A stretch of 64,000 nt of DNA from the human T2T-CHM13v2.0 reference genome, Homo sapiens, in assembly GCF_009914755.1 (NCBI RefSeq), contig NC_060929.1; one strand, 5' to 3'. A program made the position numbers and the translations under genes. The notes beneath the pieces are model-generated. The model did no database searches. It saw only the letters and a program-made list of their open reading frames with translations, and was not told the DNA's origin. This document shows, one piece after another, positions 48,836 through 63,985 of the stretch. Position 1 is the first letter of the stretch; every line of letters begins with the position of its first letter.

Positions 48836-51800
48836 TCAAAATTCTTATCCTGACATCCATGGCTCAGTATAATTCATCCCTACTTTTCAAACTCAGACAC
48901 TTCTCAGCCCTATGCCACCTGTACTGTTTCTTGGCCAAACTGACCAGTCAGAGTTCTTTAGGCATATCCTAAGTTCATCCAACTGCATGATTTGCATATG
49001 CGCTGCTGCCTAAAATGCATTTTCTCTTCTTACCTTTGCTTATTTGACTTCCATTGTTCCTTTAAAAGCCAAATCCATTAACACCAATGGCCTTTTTCTC
49101 CCTCTGGATCCACACAACACTCTGTACCACTTAACTACAATAAAATCATATGTTAGTTGAGTAGTTACTATTTTCTCTAACTATCTTATAGGCAGCTCTT
49201 GTCATATATGTGTCCCTCTAAGGTAAATATTTGCACCCAACTTTCAATTACTATCAACTTTTAGTCATTGGGAACTTCAGACCAGTTAGACAAATCAGAA
49301 ATCACAAAGAACAGGTTTTCAGGCAGTTAAGCAAGCATTTCTGCATCAAGCTATCCTTTAGAAGACAGCGTGGACATTAAATATAACTGTCTATCATTTC
49401 AATTCTAGTACATGTATGCTCTCTGAAAAGCCTCAGCTATAGTTGAACCTTAGCCCAGGCAGAAATCAATATTGACCCTCCTTACTAGCAACCAACAATT
49501 GATGGAAAAGCCTGTTCTATCAGCTACATACTTGTTTTTTCTACTTCAAAAATGAATTGCATTTAAGTCGCTTAATTTTAGAGGTAAAGGGGGCAGGGAG
49601 CAACACAAAACAAAATCAAGTAACAACAACAACAAAACCTAATGCTGATATAACTAAAGCACAGCTGACCCTTCCCTTTAAAGGATGGATATTTGAGCAC
49701 CTACTATGTGTAGCCACAGCAACTTCTGATCTTCTGACTCAGAGGGCAGTTGTATGTTGCCCTAGTAGATTCACATTTCGTCCCAAAGCCAAACTGGTAT
49801 AGCATTCTTCATATGATTATGTCAGCCCTCTGACATATGTTCAAACACATTTGGTTTATTTCTGTTGCACTAAATGGTAACAAAAAGCACGTTAGCATCT
49901 GTATTACATATTACAGAAAACTAGACCAGGTCTTGGCCCCCTAATAGGACACTTAAAATATAAAAAAATAAGTGAGATCATTTGGATGCAATATTTAGAA
50001 CCGAGAGGGCAGCTGTGTTCAATATGGACACAATTAGGGATGAAGTTATTCACTTTCCAGTTCTTTGGGTATGGATTAACTATAGACCTTAAGAGGACTT
50101 AACTGCCCTGCTCAGATGAGGTTTAAGTGGTACCTTAAAGTTAGTATTTGTGTGCCTCTACTGATTTATGAAGCATTGCCACATTCTCCTCCTTGATTAT
50201 TCACATTTAATAGTTTAAAGATATATAGGAAAGACAGTCTTCTAATTTTCAGCCTGAATGTGTGCATCTCTAGAATTTAGCTTGCCTGATACTCAAAAAC
50301 AATGAGAACAAGACCATTTAAAAAATATCAGCTTAGTTATTGCATTGAGAATTGCATTTCTAGGACAGGTAAATTTCAGAAGCAGCCGCAGGAGTTCTGA
50401 AGAGTTTTTAATTTTAAAATCGAGGCAACTCATTTTCCTGATGGAGAAATGAAGCTCAGGCCTTATATAGCTTGTCTTACATGGCAAAGCTAGGCTGTGG
50501 GCACAGTCATTTGCAGCTTAGAACCCAAGCTCTTAACCATGAATCTATGTTGGCTTTTCAAAATCAGAGTTCCAATTATATACTTGTACATCACACCCTT
50601 GTATTTTTCAGTTTGAGATGTGATCTCTGTTTGACATCAGGCATTCTTAGGACTGTTTTTGCAAGGTAAGTGAGACAACTAAGGGCCAGAGACATTGAAT
50701 AGCATGCCCAAGAAATGGTAGCACTGCCATTCACATGTAAGTCTGTTTAACTCTCTATCCTATGTCCTTTGCCACACATGAGGAAGACTTTTGTTTTGAT
50801 TTCTGCTCACTGGGAGATTTTCCATTGCTAACCTAGCATCAGACTTCACATAGTAGGTAATTGCTAAGTATTCAGATAAACGCCAAGGTGCAAATCATAA
50901 AGATTCATAATTGAATCCTGGCTCTACCACTTAATGATAACACCTTGGGCAAGATACTCATCATATTGGAGCCAATAAATAGAGATATCTTTTCTATTTC
51001 AAGTTACTTAAAGTGAAAGTCGAATGGGAGAAAGGAGCAGTGCTTCGTTAGCCATTAAACTTTACAAAAACTAAATGAAGTAGACTCATTTATGGAGAGG
51101 ACTTCATCTGCACTTCTAGACATGGCATAAAAACAAAATAAAAAGTTTTATAGGTTAGAGAAAACCATCTGGTTCAAGGGTAATGATCTAGTTTACTGGA
51201 ATCCTTTTTAAAAGAAGTAAGTGGGACAGTCTCCTAATAAATGAAGATTAATTATACTCTTTAAAAACCCCAGCAGAGGGGAAAAGATTTGGAAGTGAGG
51301 TGATAATATCAAACCAAAAGTATATTGGATTTCCTAGGATCAAGAAAGTCATACTTGGTATATGGGAAAAATATCCAAATCCCATGCTTTTTAATCTTTC
51401 TGCATCCTAAGATTCAGTTAAACTGCACTGTGTTTAAAGGCTTTTGCTTTATTATCTCCATGACTGAAGGAATTCAAATACTTTGTTATGATTTCCACTG
51501 AAGAAGTGAATCCTAAAACCACTGAATTATGAAAGTTACTCTTGGATCACGTGGTGGAGAGCTAGTTTAGATACAGCTGGATGGGCCCTACTTCCAGAGT
51601 TTGCAGTTCTGACAGGTCCCCAGCTGATGTTGATGCTGCTGGTTTGGGAATCAGCTCTGAGAACTATTGTCTTAGATGAGTTCCCTCAAGCTGTGAAATA
51701 CACATCAAGCTAAATGTCCAATTTTGAAAGACTGAATTAATTTGTCAAATGCAAACTTGTGTATGGCAGCTCATCTTTCATATAAAGATCAAAGTCTTTT

Positions 51801-53294
51801 TGGGACTAACATTTTGCATCATATTGCTAGGTAGCAATAGGGTAGTTTTTTACCAAGAGACAACATTAAACCATATTTCCCTCATCCAGATTTCTTCTAG
51901 GTTGAAAGGTGCTTCAAATCCAGCATTCTAGGATTGTTACTTCCTATTTACCTGCTCCCTTTACTCTATGGTTACCTGAAAATCTAAGTGACAGCCCTCA
52001 TACATTGTTTACCTTCAACGTAACACTCACTCAGCCTGCCCCATTCACTTAGAATTTTTACCAGTTGACTTAGTTAAAAATCACTTGCCCCTAGCTAGCT
52101 AGTACAAATGTAGTAGGGAAAACTTGCCAGGCTGCTTCTATATTGAGGTAGTAACTTTTAGGTTCCAGAAATTTCATAAGCTTTCATGTTTTGCTATCTA
52201 GATGATGCAAGAACTAGGAAGGTTAGAAAATTAAGTATTGGGATTAAAATAAGTTTGGAGGGGGTGATATAAGTAGAGAGGAGATTCTACTTCACTTAGT
52301 AACTTCCATTTTTAGACCAGGAAGCAATTTGTTCAGATTCTACTTCCCCTAGAGAGGCAGGCTTCCTTCCAGGGTAGAAGGATGCGGGAAGGGGAGTAAC
52401 CATGGCAACCTGCCCAGCTATGTGGGCAAGGATAGTATGGGGCCTGCACACACTCGGAAGAATTTTTATTTCTAGCCTAGTCATTCAGTTTAATCCGGGT
52501 GGTCCCTCCCTTCCCACTTCCTTCTGTGACAATGCTGACTTCAGGGGGAAGGATTGCTCCTTCTCTGTCAGGAGTCTGAGAGGGTGTGGGGAGGACTTAA
52601 TTGAGACCAGCGAGGTCAGCCTGACCAAACCAAAGTGCAGGCTTCCAGGACGAAAACAGAGAGTAACTCCCTGTCTGTTCTAGCATGAGCACAAGCAAAC
52701 GCACTGGCTTTATTAAAATCAAGTGCTTGAATAATTAACCTTTTTCAAGTAGGTGAAGGGTATTCAATTTTCATGAAGAAATTTTCCATTTGCTTTCAGT
52801 TTTCACAAAGACACTTAATTCAGTTGTTCAGGGGGGAGTAATAACAAACAAACAAAACCTTCAAAATCAGATGGGAAAAAGTATTCCAAGTATATTAGAT
52901 TAGCTGTCTTCCCAGCAATCCTGGGGTAGGTACTATTATTCTCCCCAGATAAGCAAGCTGAAGTACAGAGAGGTTATGGAATGTGCCCAAGGCCATGTAA
53001 CCTGCAACCCTGTAGCTAAGATTTGAACCCAGGAAATGGTACTTCAGAAGGTAGTTCTCAACTACTATCCAATTGTGCCCTGTTGGAGGCAGCCAGTGTT
53101 GAATGTTAGCCCTCTGTGTCCGTACCAGTCATCATTTGTTCCCCTAACCAGGAATTTACTTGTTTTCTGTCTTTAAGTAAAGACTGAGGAGTCTGCTTTC
53201 CTTCTGATTTCCACCAGTTAATCCAGTCAGGATATGCTGATATTATGAGTTGGGTCTCCTTTAAAGACACATATCTGGTGTTAAATCTGATTCA

Positions 53295-53620
<326 letters not shown>

Positions 53621-56080
53621 ATCTGTTTCACCTAAATATGATTTTGGCCAACCTTTGTGCAATTCAGCGGCACAGCTTCAACTTTGGAATTACATAGCAG
53701 TGCCAGGGAGAATTTTAAAATACCACATCCTGTTACTCAGGTGTTTCATATTGCCAATCTGGTTCCCATTCTGGTTCTGTCTAAAGGGTAAAAAACCTTA
53801 TGTGTTTGGTTAGTTACCTAAACCTTCCTGGCCAGTAAGCTTTCGAATCTTTCCAGCTGGGGAGGTATGTTCTGATGAGCATTAGGACAACTTCAAACCC
53901 CAGGAGGGCTCACTCTCAGCAGCTTTCCCAAGCATTTCAGCATCTTGGCTTTGTCTTTAAGAAGAGCAATAATTAAATCCTCAGGTCAAAAGAATGAGGA
54001 AGAGAAACACGCAGAGCCTTCAAAATTATCCAGATGAAATATCAGTGGTAGCAAACTTAGGTTTATGGACATATGAGGGTAGAGTTAGAAATGAAGCAGC
54101 ATAAGAGCCTATGTCACAGCAAAGCCTCCTGCTTGGCCAGGAGCACTCAGCAAGGAAGATATCTTCCTGCTCCCTTAACCTTCAGATAATCGAGGCCTGG
54201 TTGAGCAGGCCAGTAAATATCATCCCCAAACAGCTGGTCAGCAGCTGCCAGAGGTCCCTGTACTACCTTCATGCCAACAAGTGCCTTAAAAGCCGTACCC
54301 TTCAACCCAAACAAGGCCAGTGAAATCCATTCAACCTTTGGAGAAAGACAACAAACAGGCCTAATGCACAGGAATTTGGACTTCCAGTTTAATCTGAAAC
54401 TATAAAAGTCTTTAGCAGAAACACAAACTCTGGAGTTTGCCCTTCACAAATTAGACAAGGTTTGTAACAAGTGCTTTCTTCCCTCACTTACATCCTCAGG
54501 TAAAGATCAACCATCAAGATCAAAGATCCCCAGAATGGCAAATACATACGTGTATGGGCTCAAAGTTGGAAGACATTCCTCTACCATCTACTTATTCTGG
54601 TTATACATTAAAGCATAGGAGGGCATAGCTGAAAAATGACTGGTTTCTAGGTCAGTCATTTGGATGAGAAGGGATCCTTCCAGCTGGGAGTGGGAAAAGA
54701 AGGGGGAAGTTATTCACCAACAACAGGAAAAAGAATTTAGTTGGCCTTAGGAGGAAACTGACTAAGGATTTGGAAGAAGTGGTCTGTCCCAGAAATCCAC
54801 ATTGGCAAAGACCACTAGGTCTTCTTCATGCTTTCTCTAGAAGACTTTCCCATTGTACTCTCCTTGTTGTCTTAAGTGTGGCATTATTTCCACAAGTCCA
54901 GCACTCCACCAAAAAGGTCCTTTTCCAAAGATTTCAAAGGGCTCAAGCCTCAAATACTCCCGAATTCTCAAGGCAATAAACTTTCTTACAGTGTCACTGA
55001 GGGCCATCTCCCTTCCAAGAGGGGAGACACAGAACCTGGAGTGGGCGGGGCACCTGGCTCAGAGAAAAGTAGCCTCCCAAAGTCTGGCTGCTGGGGTAAG
55101 AAGCATGGTGACAAGCCATTTGGTAGCTGCAAGCTCCCTCCTCCCCAACAGCCAGTAGGTGCTTTTGTGTGAGAAGCCAACCTCAAGACTGTAAGGACAA
55201 TCAAGTATACATCTCATCAAAGCCATTCCAAGAGGCTTATCAGACATCTCAAAGGCATTTTTTGTAGATGCCTGCTTTCCACTCCCATTACTTCTGTTTG
55301 CATTAGTTATATCTTACCTCCTTCTCCCCCATGCCCCTGCTTTGCCTGACTAAGGCCAGAAATTTTTTCATGAAGTCACTTTATAGAGCAATAGCAACAT
55401 TTACTATTCGTGAAGTCGTCCCTCCATAATTTTTAAGTCTTTCCATGTGTCTGGAAGCTTGTTTCTGCTCTTCTCGGTTTACAGAGCGGCTCTCTTCCTT
55501 CCAAACAAAAACTAAAAAGAAAGGGGAAAAGGTGGGGGGTGGTTGGGGTGGAGATAACACCCAGATTCCTTAAGTGTTTTTAATCCAGTTGAATTTCCCT
55601 TTGGACTCAGCTCCCTGCTGAAACTGTCTGCGGACCAGAATTCCAGGCTCAGAATTAAGTCAAGAGGGAAAGACAGCAGAAACAAATAACAGAGTCAGCT
55701 CTATGCTATGAAAACCGCTATGTTGACTGAGGCTCCACGGTTTTAACCCATTCATTTTTCCCCCCTTTTTTAGAATTCTTACTTAATCTTTTTAACCAGC
55801 TTACAACAGGCAGGCAAGCACCATATAAACCATGCTCCCTGCGCCGGGGGATATAAAACAAGTTTCTTAAGTCCCTTGGGTAGATACTTCCTTAGGAATG
55901 CCGGTGTAAGACAAAAGTTCACATTTTAATGCCATATGTTGTCAGTCACCAGGAAAAAGCTCCTTATGGGCACAAGCCAGGTCCCCAGCCTTTGTCACAC
56001 AGCAAAAATAAACACCCTTCGAGGAGTTAATTAGGCGGTCAGCAGCCACCTCAGTGTCCTAGGAGGGCTGCCCGCAGACC

Positions 56081-56084
<4 letters not shown>

Positions 56085-56130
<46 letters not shown>
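56085..56130. repeat. (AC)23 microsatellite at the 5' end of intron 1
   Basis: Directly visible perfect dinucleotide run. Confidence 0.97.
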
Positions 56131-56132
<2 letters not shown>

Positions 56133-56409
56133 CCCAAAAGGAGGCGTTTGTTAAATGTCACAAGCTGGGCATCTGGAGTCGGATTCGAAAGGTAAATACA
56201 TTCCGCGGAAGCATTCCTCAGATGTCAGGCCACAAAACTGCTGGTTTCCCCAAGCACAGGGTCTCATTTCTAAGATTCCCCACAGCCCAAGGTCTGTACT
56301 CAAAGAAGGGTAGCGGGGGGCGGGGGGGTGAGAGAGGGGGAGCAAAGGAGAGAAGGAGATCTTTAAAAAAAAAATGGAGCCAGAGGGAAGAAGGGTTTCG
56401 AAGCTACTC

Positions 56410-56900
56410 ACCGGCTAGCTATTGCCTCCGTGAAGCGAGCATGACTTCCCCGCGCCCGGAGCCTCCAGGCTACAGCGCAGCGGATGCGGCGGGCCTCGCT
56501 TAAATAGCCGCCGGCCGGGAGCTTCGGAGCCGCGCGGCCACTCCCGGCGAGAGATATGGTTCTAATCAGATGCTGGCAGCTGAGGACTCCCCAGGAATGT
56601 GCCAGGATGTTTTTGCTGCCTGGGCTTGGTAACTCCCCCTCAACGTGTCTGCAGAGTCTTCCAAACTTAACTGTTTATTAACTCGCGCTGCAGCGGCGCA
56701 GAGGACCCCGCTCCCCTGAGCTCCGCGAGCCCCACCAGCTGGGGGCGATCGCAGGGACCCAGCGACGGGAGGGGAAATGTGTTCGGGGAGAAGTCAAAAG
56801 CCCCAGACCGACGCGGGCGGGGGGCGGGTGCAAATAAGGACAGGAAAGGGAAGCTCTGGAGGAAAGGGGTGGGATCCACCGAGCTTCGTTTCACAGATCC
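56410..56900 (-). promoter_or_regulatory. DAB2 CpG-rich promoter with GC boxes and TATA-like TATTTAA (56500-56506)
   Basis: Only CpG-dense stretch in the window outside Alus; GGGCGG boxes at ~56815-56829; overlaps exon 1. Confidence 0.85.
56412..56590 (-). other. DAB2: DAB2 exon 1 (non-coding 5'UTR); donor exact, 5' end approximate
   Basis: CCG|GTGAGT donor (plus-strand actcac 56406-56411) inside the CpG-rich region; joins exon 2 as ...GCTAGCCG|GTGTCTGTGG..., matching my recall of the DAB2 mRNA leader. Confidence 0.8.
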
Positions 56901-59900
56901 GTTCCCTGGATTGCCACTGCGAGTGATGTGGCACACGGAGTCATCCTAACCAACCCGTTGGGGCCCTTTGAACAAAGGACTGCCTTTACTCCTGACTTTT
57001 CTGACAAGGGACAACGGTTCCTGCGCAGATCTGCAGTTTCTAAAGTTGATCGCGCGATTGGATTTGCTCCCCTTAGAAGAAATTAGTGTCTCCCTCATTG
57101 CAGATGCAAATGCGCTTAAGTTAGTGGGAAATCTATGTGTGCATATGTGAAACATACTGTATTTACCTATGAAATATAATCATATATATGGATATAAAAA
57201 TAATATTCTCTCTGAAATCGATATGAGCAAAACATGTTCACGTCTATGTAGCCTATCAAATAAGTTATAATTCTGATACAATCAGAGATTCTATACAGGC
57301 TTCCCTTACAGTGTATATACACCTATATGTAGACACATAACATGACTTTATCTGCATGAATTTCCATAGCACTTCCTATAACTCTAGGAAAAACATGAAC
57401 TGCAAGAAATAAAATATTTAAAAATGTTAACGTAGAGTGCTGAGCGGTAGAAGGTACTCCGCAGCAAATCCTAATGAGTGTTAACAAGCTGAGAATTCAT
57501 TTTCTCCATATTTTAAAATCAAGAATTATTGTAAAACATCCACAGAAGCTCTGTTGCTTTTTGGAGAATTCTGAAATTACTCTTGTGAAAGACGTGTCTC
57601 TTTTCCCTTTTTTTAAGAAAAAAATTTAATTGTTTAAAGTCAGAGGCAGCACGTAGTAAATGTGAAAATGCTAAATTGTATCTCGGATGGGAGGGGGTTA
57701 TTGATTTTATCGAGTAAGCAACACAGTGGATTTGCATTTTACCTCTGGAAACTGAGGGTTCAAATAGGGCTCGTGGGACATCAAGGATATATTTTGTGGT
57801 CCGTGCCTAGCCTCGACTGCAAAGCCACTGTGTAATTTGGGGTAGCTCAATGTGAGTGGCAATGTCTGCTCTCAAGTAGGTCAGGCTTGAAACAACCGTT
57901 GTTCGGGGAGACTGAGGGGTGCAGAGCAGCACAGCTGGCCCAGAATTCTACTTCCCCAGCCTCTACTATTTCTCATCCCCTGACACACCTAGGGGTGTGG
58001 AGGCAGGGAGGGCCATGCTGGCAGTTTTCAATATTCCTCAGAGGTAATTTGCTATTTTAAAAAATGACTTTGTGTGAATGACAGGAAGTATACAAATTTT
58101 AGTCCTAGGATAGTATTCTATTTATAACATTTATGCAGAGAAATGTAATTCTAGTACATTTTAGAACACAAGGCTTTGTTTCTAAAATCTAGAAGTCCAG
58201 TTTCATTTCTATTGGCTAGGTAGCTGGAAAAAGGGCTGCTGACTTCAGGCAAATAGAGACTTTGATAATTAGAAAGACATGGGTGTCTCTTTTAACCTCA
58301 ATATGTAATATTTTCTAGACTAAGAAGTGCTCACTCAATTCTATTTTTTTTTTTTTGAAAGACTCTTACCAAGAAATACTAACTTATGTTTGCTCTACCC
58401 CACCAAATGGAAGGGATTTGTCTAAGAAGCCAGAGGAAGAAAATGATTTCATCTGCTATGAGTTGTAGTTTCAAGAGAAGACTTTGATGAAAACAGTTCA
58501 TTTAAGAGCAGTGGGCTCACACTTACAACTTAAAATAGACACCTCTTATTTTGCACAGAAATCTGAAGAGTCGACAGTGGAGAATTCTGGTTTGAACTGT
58601 ATTTTTATATCTCTAGGGCACCGATATTGCTTCTGGCAGTAATTCAATGTCCTGCTCACATTAAGAAAAAAAAAGAAAAGAAATTTAACTCTTTTTATCC
58701 CTCGTGAAACATTGTCTCTGTCTCATCTAAGTTGTTCACTTTTCAACAAGTCTAAAATGAACATCTTTCCCTCTGGAGAATCACGCCAAAGCCCACCCAG
58801 ATATTTACCCTGCCTAAATAATGGTCTTTTCTTATCACCACTGAAATTTATGTTTAGAAAATTAAGGGGAGGAAAAGTCAGTTCAATGTTTGAAAAACAA
58901 TAGTCTTTGAATGGCAATTGTCCGTTGCAGAAAACCTGCCTGTGAGAGAGAAGGAAAAAATAAAATAAAACAAATGACTGTGCTCCCAGCCTAGGAAAGG
59001 GGTAGTTAATCCCGTGATGGCTTGCTGAAGAATGCATGGTTTATTATTAAAGTAATCTCTTAAGATTTTCCTGGAATGTGCTTCCACAGCAACTCTGCCT
59101 GTTCGACCTATCCTATGCATGTGTCTTTTCTTCCATAATTAAGCTGTTTTCCTCTGTTAGCTCACAGACCTAATCCTTTATCCTTTCTCTCCTCCTTCTC
59201 CATCACTTCTTCTATCCCCCTCTCTACTGCTCTTGTCTTCCTTAAACTGCCCCTTTTGAAGCCTGTCATTTCTCCTGAATTGTAAATGGCACTTTGGAAC
59301 TGGCTGTAAGGTAAACTGCCTGTGTGCCTTTGATGCCTTGCTGGACACTTAGAGATGTTAAAATCAAACAAGGATTTGTTGAAGTGGACCTAGTAAGGTC
59401 ACATCTCTCTCTCTCTCCTTTTTTTTTTTTCCTTCTCCATGTCATTAAAAAAACAATGAAGAGAATGGCTATTGTTCCCAGAAAATGTTCTTTGACCTTG
59501 ACCAGTCCTGCATATTTAACATTACAGAAAAACTGACCCTACCAGATTTGGTGGCTGGCAAGTCAAAACAAATACTGGAGGTTTTTTTTCATATCTCTGT
59601 CTATCCATCTACCTGTCCATCTTCTGATCTAAAATATTTGGAAGATAGTTTCATAGAAGGCAGCCTGTTTGTGTTTTGTTTTCTTGCTTATACCCCTATA
59701 GCATCTCAGAACTAATATGTATTTTTCTGTTTTGTGCAATTTTAATGAAACTCAGGTGGTAGACTACTAGGGTACTTGGAAAAATTGGTACTTGTAAAAT
59801 GAAGAACATTTAAAATTCAATAATATAAATGTATATAACTAATTACACCTCACTTATCAATATAAATTTTTATAATGAGAAATTGTGAAAGGCAAGTAAA

Positions 59901-60098
59901 TACCCATAAAAATTACCATTCAAATAAATACTGTCTTACTTGGAAAGAAACCTAGCAGGAGTTATCAAAAATGAAAATACATAAAACCCTGCAGGAATTA
60001 CTAATATTAATTGTTATTGTAGCAAACACATACACTTCTCTATCCTAGGAGTAAGAATCTATCCACTAGAAATAAAGCACATGTATAATATGCAAGGA

Positions 60099-60390
60099 TT
60101 TTTTTTTTTTATTTTTCTGAGATGGAGTCTTGCTCTGTGGCCCAGGCTAGAGTGCAGTGGCAAGATCTCGGCTCAGTGCAACCTCCGCCTCCCGGGTTCA
60201 AGCAATTCTCTGCCTCAGCCTCCCGAGTAGCTGGGATTACAGGTGCCCACCACCATGCCCAGTTAATTTTTGTATTTGTATTTTTAGTAGAGACGGGGTT
60301 TCACCATCTTAGCCAGGCTGGTCTCATGATCCACCCGCCTCGGCCTCCCAAATTGCCGGGATTACAGGCATGAGCCACCACTCCCTGCCC
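60099..60390 (-). mobile_element. Alu inserted in an old L1M-type fragment
   Basis: Reverse Alu with left-arm deletion; flanks resemble ancient L1 3' sequence. Confidence 0.9.
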
Positions 60391-60993
60391 CCAAGGTTGT
60401 TAATTGTATCATTTATAGCAGCAGGAAGCTAGGACAAAATATGCCTGTCAATGGAGAATGACTGAGTATGTTATGACTTATCCATACTGTGAAGTCATAT
60501 GTAACCATTCAAAGGAATAAATTAGAGTCAAATTTTGTGACATGGGAATATTCCTTTAGGTTTTTTTGAGTGAGAAAAGCAAGGTACAGAAAAGCATGGA
60601 AAAGATGTTTCTATTTTAGTAATATAAAAAGCAACACCTATTTATATATATTTGGGTATATATGTTTGTGGGTATATATGAAGGATTATCAAGGAGGTTG
60701 CAGTACAGATTACTAGGGGCCTGGTGGAGACAAGGGCAGAGAAAAGGGGTGGGAGCCATGCAAAAAGGAAAAAACTGAAAATAGTCTTTATGCAGGTATA
60801 GGTCACATTTATGCATTGAAGTGAAATGATATACACGCAGGTTTGTGGGTTTTTTTTCAAAAAGATTATATCATTTTAAGATAAGGAAAGGAAGAAAGGA
60901 AATCCTACGAATAGTTTTCATGGAGGTCTACCTTTAGGCTTTTCAAAAGTGAGTATTCATCAGTATGCTCATTGCTTAATTCAGCCTCCAGAG

Positions 60994-61506
60994 CAATAGT
61001 TCTCAAATTGTAGTATTTACGACAGTCATCCCGGAAGTTGGCTACTAGAGTAAATTCCTGGGCTCAGCCTCAGAGACTTCTCTGGAAAGGTCTGTGGTGG
61101 GGGTACCAGGGAATCTGTTTTTTGTTTTTTGTTTTTTGTTTTTTTTTTTTGAGACGGAGTCTCGCTCTGTCACCAGGCTGGAGTGCAGTCACGCGATCTC
61201 GGCTCACTCAAGCTCTGCCTCCCGGGTTCACGCCATTCTCCTGCCTCAGCCTCCCGAGTAGCTGGGACTGCAGGCACCCGCCACCACGCCCAGCTAATTT
61301 TTTGTATTTTTAGTAGATACGGGGTTTCACCGTGTTAGCCAGGATGGTCTTGATTTCCTGACCTCGTCATCTGCCCGCCTCGGCCTCCCAAAGTGCTGGA
61401 ATTACAGGCGTGAGCCACCGCCGCCCGCCCGGAATCTGTGTTTTAATCAGCACTTCCAGGTCATTCTGATGCAGTGGTCTTGGGGACCACACTTTCAGAG
61501 ATGCTG
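60994..61506. mobile_element. MER5A-like (hAT-Charlie) element split by an Alu
   Basis: CAATAGTTCTCAAA start; GGAATCTGTGTTTTAA...CCAGGTCATTCTGATGCA...GGACCACACTTT end. Confidence 0.7.
61118..61430 (-). mobile_element. Alu (Y/Sc-like)
   Basis: CpG-rich reverse Alu; TSD GGAATCTGT. Confidence 0.94.
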
Positions 61507-61523
61507 CTTTTCTCCTGAGAGAA

Positions 61524-61837
<314 letters not shown>

Positions 61838-62782
61838 TTAGGTTTCTGGACTGATTGAATAGCCTCAGTTTTAAAATGGAATGGTCACTTGTGAATGAAG
61901 AAGGAATACCATTTGCTGTACTCGTTTAATGCTCATGCTCAAGGTCACGTCTTCATTAGAGAATGGAGGGAAGCTGTGTCTGGACTCCAGGATGATTTAA
62001 CTCCCTAATGAGTGTGAAGCACATGTACATGCACACGCTTCACACAAGCGTCTGTGTGCCTGTTCGTATATGCATTTTCTGGAGAGGTGCACTATAGATT
62101 TCCCTGGATGATCAAAGGACCCCATAGCATAAAACAAGGTTAAATTCCATTGCATTGTGGTTTTATGGCCATTCCACATTCTTTCTATTTTTTTTAATCT
62201 GAGGATTTTATCTAATCTTTTGTACCAATCTTATACTTATCCTCACAACATCATTGACAAACGGGTTAGGCAAGTAGTCCTGTTTCTAAAGGTTAAGAAA
62301 TGTTGGTGCAGGAACCTTGATTTACTTCTGTTCAGAGTGAGAGACAGAACTAGAACTACTACCCAAGTCTTCTGAAAGATCTAGAACTGCACAGGTCACA
62401 CAGCCTGACTTAACCATAATTATAGTGGCTAGTGACAACTCTTCGGGTTCACTGTACCCTGCAGTGGTCTGTCCACACCAGGAAAAGCGTTTTCTGTTAT
62501 GCATACTCTTTCATGAGAAAGACACTGACAAATGGAAGTGTGTCCAGAGCAGGACCACTTGGACAGTGAGGGGACCCTTCTGGGAATCAGAACTGCTGAG
62601 GGCTCCCAATGTGGCCTGACTGAAATGGGCATGTATGGCCAGAGCAAGAGAGCCTTTATGTTGCAGGGTGGGGAGGGAGGGGACATCTGTGACTAGCACA
62701 ACTCTTCAAATATTCAAAGGCTTGTCATAAGAAAAGTGGATTAGACTCCTTTCCTTGGCCACATATGGTAGAAAGGGATCCC

Positions 62783-62900
62783 TGTACTGGTTTGAGTAAT
62801 GCCCCTCCAAAATTCATGTCTACCTAAACCTCAGAACGTGCCTGCCTTGGAAATAGGCTCCCTACAGATATAATTATTTAAATGGGGTCATATTGGATTA
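62783..62900 (+). mobile_element. MLT1-type LTR 5' fragment
   Basis: TG...CCCTCCAAAATTCATGTCTACCT...CCTCAGAACGTG...TTGGAAATAGG resembles the MLT1 start. Confidence 0.6.
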
Positions 62901-63819
62901 TTTGAAGTCTCATCCCCTTCAATGAAATCTTTTTATCTGTCTTAAAATGCTTTTTTGGCCAAAATATCTTGGCTTTTTATTATATTCTATTTTGCGTTTA
63001 GCATGATTCTGAAAATAATGCCTCTAGGTATGAATCCTAACTCTGTGGCTTACCAGTTGTGTTATTTAAGGAATATTGCTGAAATTCTATAAAGTAAGGG
63101 AAATAGTATAACTTCCCTCATAGTGTTGTTATCAGAATGAAATAAGTTAGTTGTGTCAAGGGTCGACAGTAGTAGTTAGCACATAGCACGGTGCTGATGA
63201 TAATGCAAAATAACATTAATTTTTCCAAACATCTTAAATGAATAATTTAAAAAATATTAAGTAAATTTTAAAATAAGCTTACCTTAAAACTCAGACATTT
63301 TACTTCTAAAACAGCCTGCAGTAACCCCCACTTGTTTGCTAAGAAATATGTCTAAGAATGTTTAGAATAGCCAAAAGTGGAAATAACTTAAGTGTCTATC
63401 AATAGGAAAACAGACAAATAAGTTATGGTGCATGCATCCGTTGGGAATACTCTAACAATAACAACAATGGTGTGGCTCTATGGCCCAGAGCTGCTTGTAT
63501 CAACATAGATGGATTAAATAAGCAAAGCAAGTTATAGAAGACAGAAAGCATGATGCCCTTTATACATGGTTTAAATATGAAAAATAAAATTATTGCTGAG
63601 AGGTACAAATATTCATATAAATAAATGTATATAAAAATAGTGGCAATAAGTCACAAATTCAAGGTGGTGGTTACTTCTGAGAGGAAGTAGGGAGATAAAG
63701 AAAAGGGCACTCCAATCATGCTAGTAATCCTTTTTCTTGATGCTAGGTGCATGGATGTGTATTGTCTTACTTTCACGTCTATTTATATAGACACTCTTCT
63801 GAGGTACTTTACAGGTATT

Positions 63820-63985
63820 AATTTATTTAGACCTCATAAAAATCCAGTTCACTAAAACCTATCGTCTCAATTTTACAAATGAGGAAACTGACTCAGGAGT
63901 CACAGAACTAGTAAGTGGCAGAGCCAGTCTTTAAACCCAGGTAATCGGTTCCAGGGTTTGTGCTTTTAACCGCTAGGCAACACTA
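63820..63985 (-). mobile_element. MIR
   Basis: ATTTTACAAATGAGGAAACTGA...GTCACA...CTAGTAAGTGGCAGAGCC MIR core. Other weaker MIR fragments at ~10-125, 10150-10300, 24155-24280, 32980-33195, 50420-50780, 52900-53070 and 63020-63200. Confidence 0.8.

Noticed and set aside
52282-52352. Direct repeat AGATTCTACTTC[AC]C[TC]TAG x2
   Set aside because: Short local duplication with only two copies; no array structure.
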